Assembly (NCBI GenBank): GCA_963843145.1
Contig: CAWJJC010000027.1
Span: 96,001-160,000, forward strand
Direction: 5' to 3'
From: an uncultured delta proteobacterium
GTDB lineage: Bacteria; Desulfobacterota; RBG-13-43-22
Length of the DNA: 64,000 nt
In this document: positions 63,205 to 64,000 of the stretch, piece by piece
Layout of the letters: each line of letters begins with the position of its first letter
Numbering within the stretch: the stretch's first letter is position 1
Position numbers and translations under genes: made by a program
The notes under the pieces: model-generated
The model's database searches: none
The model's input: the letters and a program-made list of their open reading frames with translations, nothing else
Told to the model about the DNA's origin: nothing

Positions 63205-64000
63205 TTATTCGTCCTTATCTCGTTTCCGGAAATACACCCGGATCGGGGTCAGGTCCATTCCGAAGGCTTTCCGCAATTGATTGGTTAAATACCGCTGATA
63301 AGAGAAATGGATCTTCTCCGGATAATTTGCAAAAAAGACAAAGGTCGGCGGTTTCACCCCCACCTGAGTCCCGTAAAAGATCTTAACCCGCTGCCCGCCC
63401 ATCAGGGGCAGCGAATGTCCGGCCAGAATCGTTTTCAGGGCCTGGTTGACCTGGCCGGTCCCCACCCGCTGCGTGTATTGAAGGTAAAGCTTGCGGGCGG
63501 TTTTCATCAGGTGCCCCAAACCATAGCCCGTTTGCGCGGAAACCGGAACGAAGGGGGCAAAGGCCAGATACTTGAGCTGATAACGAAGCTCTTCCAGATA
63601 CGCTTTCTTTTTGACGGTTTTGGCGATCAGGTCCCACTTGTTGATCCCCACCAGGCAGGCCCGCCCTTTTTCAAAAGCCAATCCGGCAATCCGAGCGTCC
63701 TGCTCGGTGACCTGATCCTGGGCGTCCAGCAGGATAACCGCCAGATCGCAACGATCCAGGGTCCTGATGGCTTCCAGGACGCAGTATTTTTCCAGCCGCT
63801 GCGAGACGCGGGCCTTGCGCCGAATTCCGGCCGTATCGATGAGCAGGTATTTCTGTCCCTGGAATTCAAAGGGGGTATCAATCGCGTCGCGGGTGGTCCC
63901 GGGAATGGGGCTGACCATCACCCGCTCCACCCCCAGGAGGGCATTGACCAGGGAGGACTTGCCCACATTGGGCCGACCGATGACCGCCAAGGACAGGAAC
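63205..64000 (-). CDS. der: ribosome biogenesis GTPase Der, C-terminal part (runs off window end)
   Basis: [41 protein letters not shown]....TPI. Confidence 0.96.
   Translation of the reverse strand, partial: FLSLAVIGRPNVGKSSLVNALLGVERVMVSPIPGTTRDAIDTPFEFQGQKYLLIDTAGIRRKARVSQRLEKYCVLEAIRTLDRCDLAVILLDAQDQVTEQDARIAGLAFEKGRACLVGINKWDLIAKTVKKKAYLEELRYQLKYLAFAPFVPVSAQTGYGLGHLMKTARKLYLQYTQRVGTGQVNQALKTILAGHSLPLMGGQRVKIFYGTQVGVKPPTFVFFANYPEKIHFSYQRYLTNQLRKAFGMDLTPIRVYFRKRDKDE

Overview
64 kb from an anaerobic bacterium, probably Desulfobacterota. The assignment is inferred from the selenocysteine formate dehydrogenase, multiheme cytochrome and type I-C CRISPR-Cas. The left part holds housekeeping and energy genes: ino1 plus a CDP-alcohol transferase, Sec-FDH alpha/beta, dsbC, pncB, queF, a heptaheme cytochrome c, and a Liv-type ABC transporter with an acyl-CoA ligase. 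The middle (about 22.9-42.5 kb) is an accessory island of unrelated secreted proteins (FG-GAP, GGAI beta-helix, beta-propeller, Cys-repeat). Ten of its genes or remnants end in the same [YFH]-L-P-L-[IVM]-x-[KR] tail with no transmembrane anchor. This candidate protein-sorting system is the main finding. The right part has toxin-antitoxin genes, a Grx-TrxB fusion, a 14-repeat type I-C array and its cas operon. The operon is interrupted by Bro-N and four-helix-bundle genes and preceded by tandem ORF6N cassettes with a cas3 stub. An acyl-CoA synthetase, a solute-binding protein and der follow. Also notable are a nested inverted-repeat element between divergent genes at 7.0-7.3 kb, a DUF1566 gene with a DGR-like variable region, and several nested REP/MITE families. 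Many genes carry single-base frameshifts that look like long-read consensus errors. All calls come from reading motifs by eye; no searches were run.
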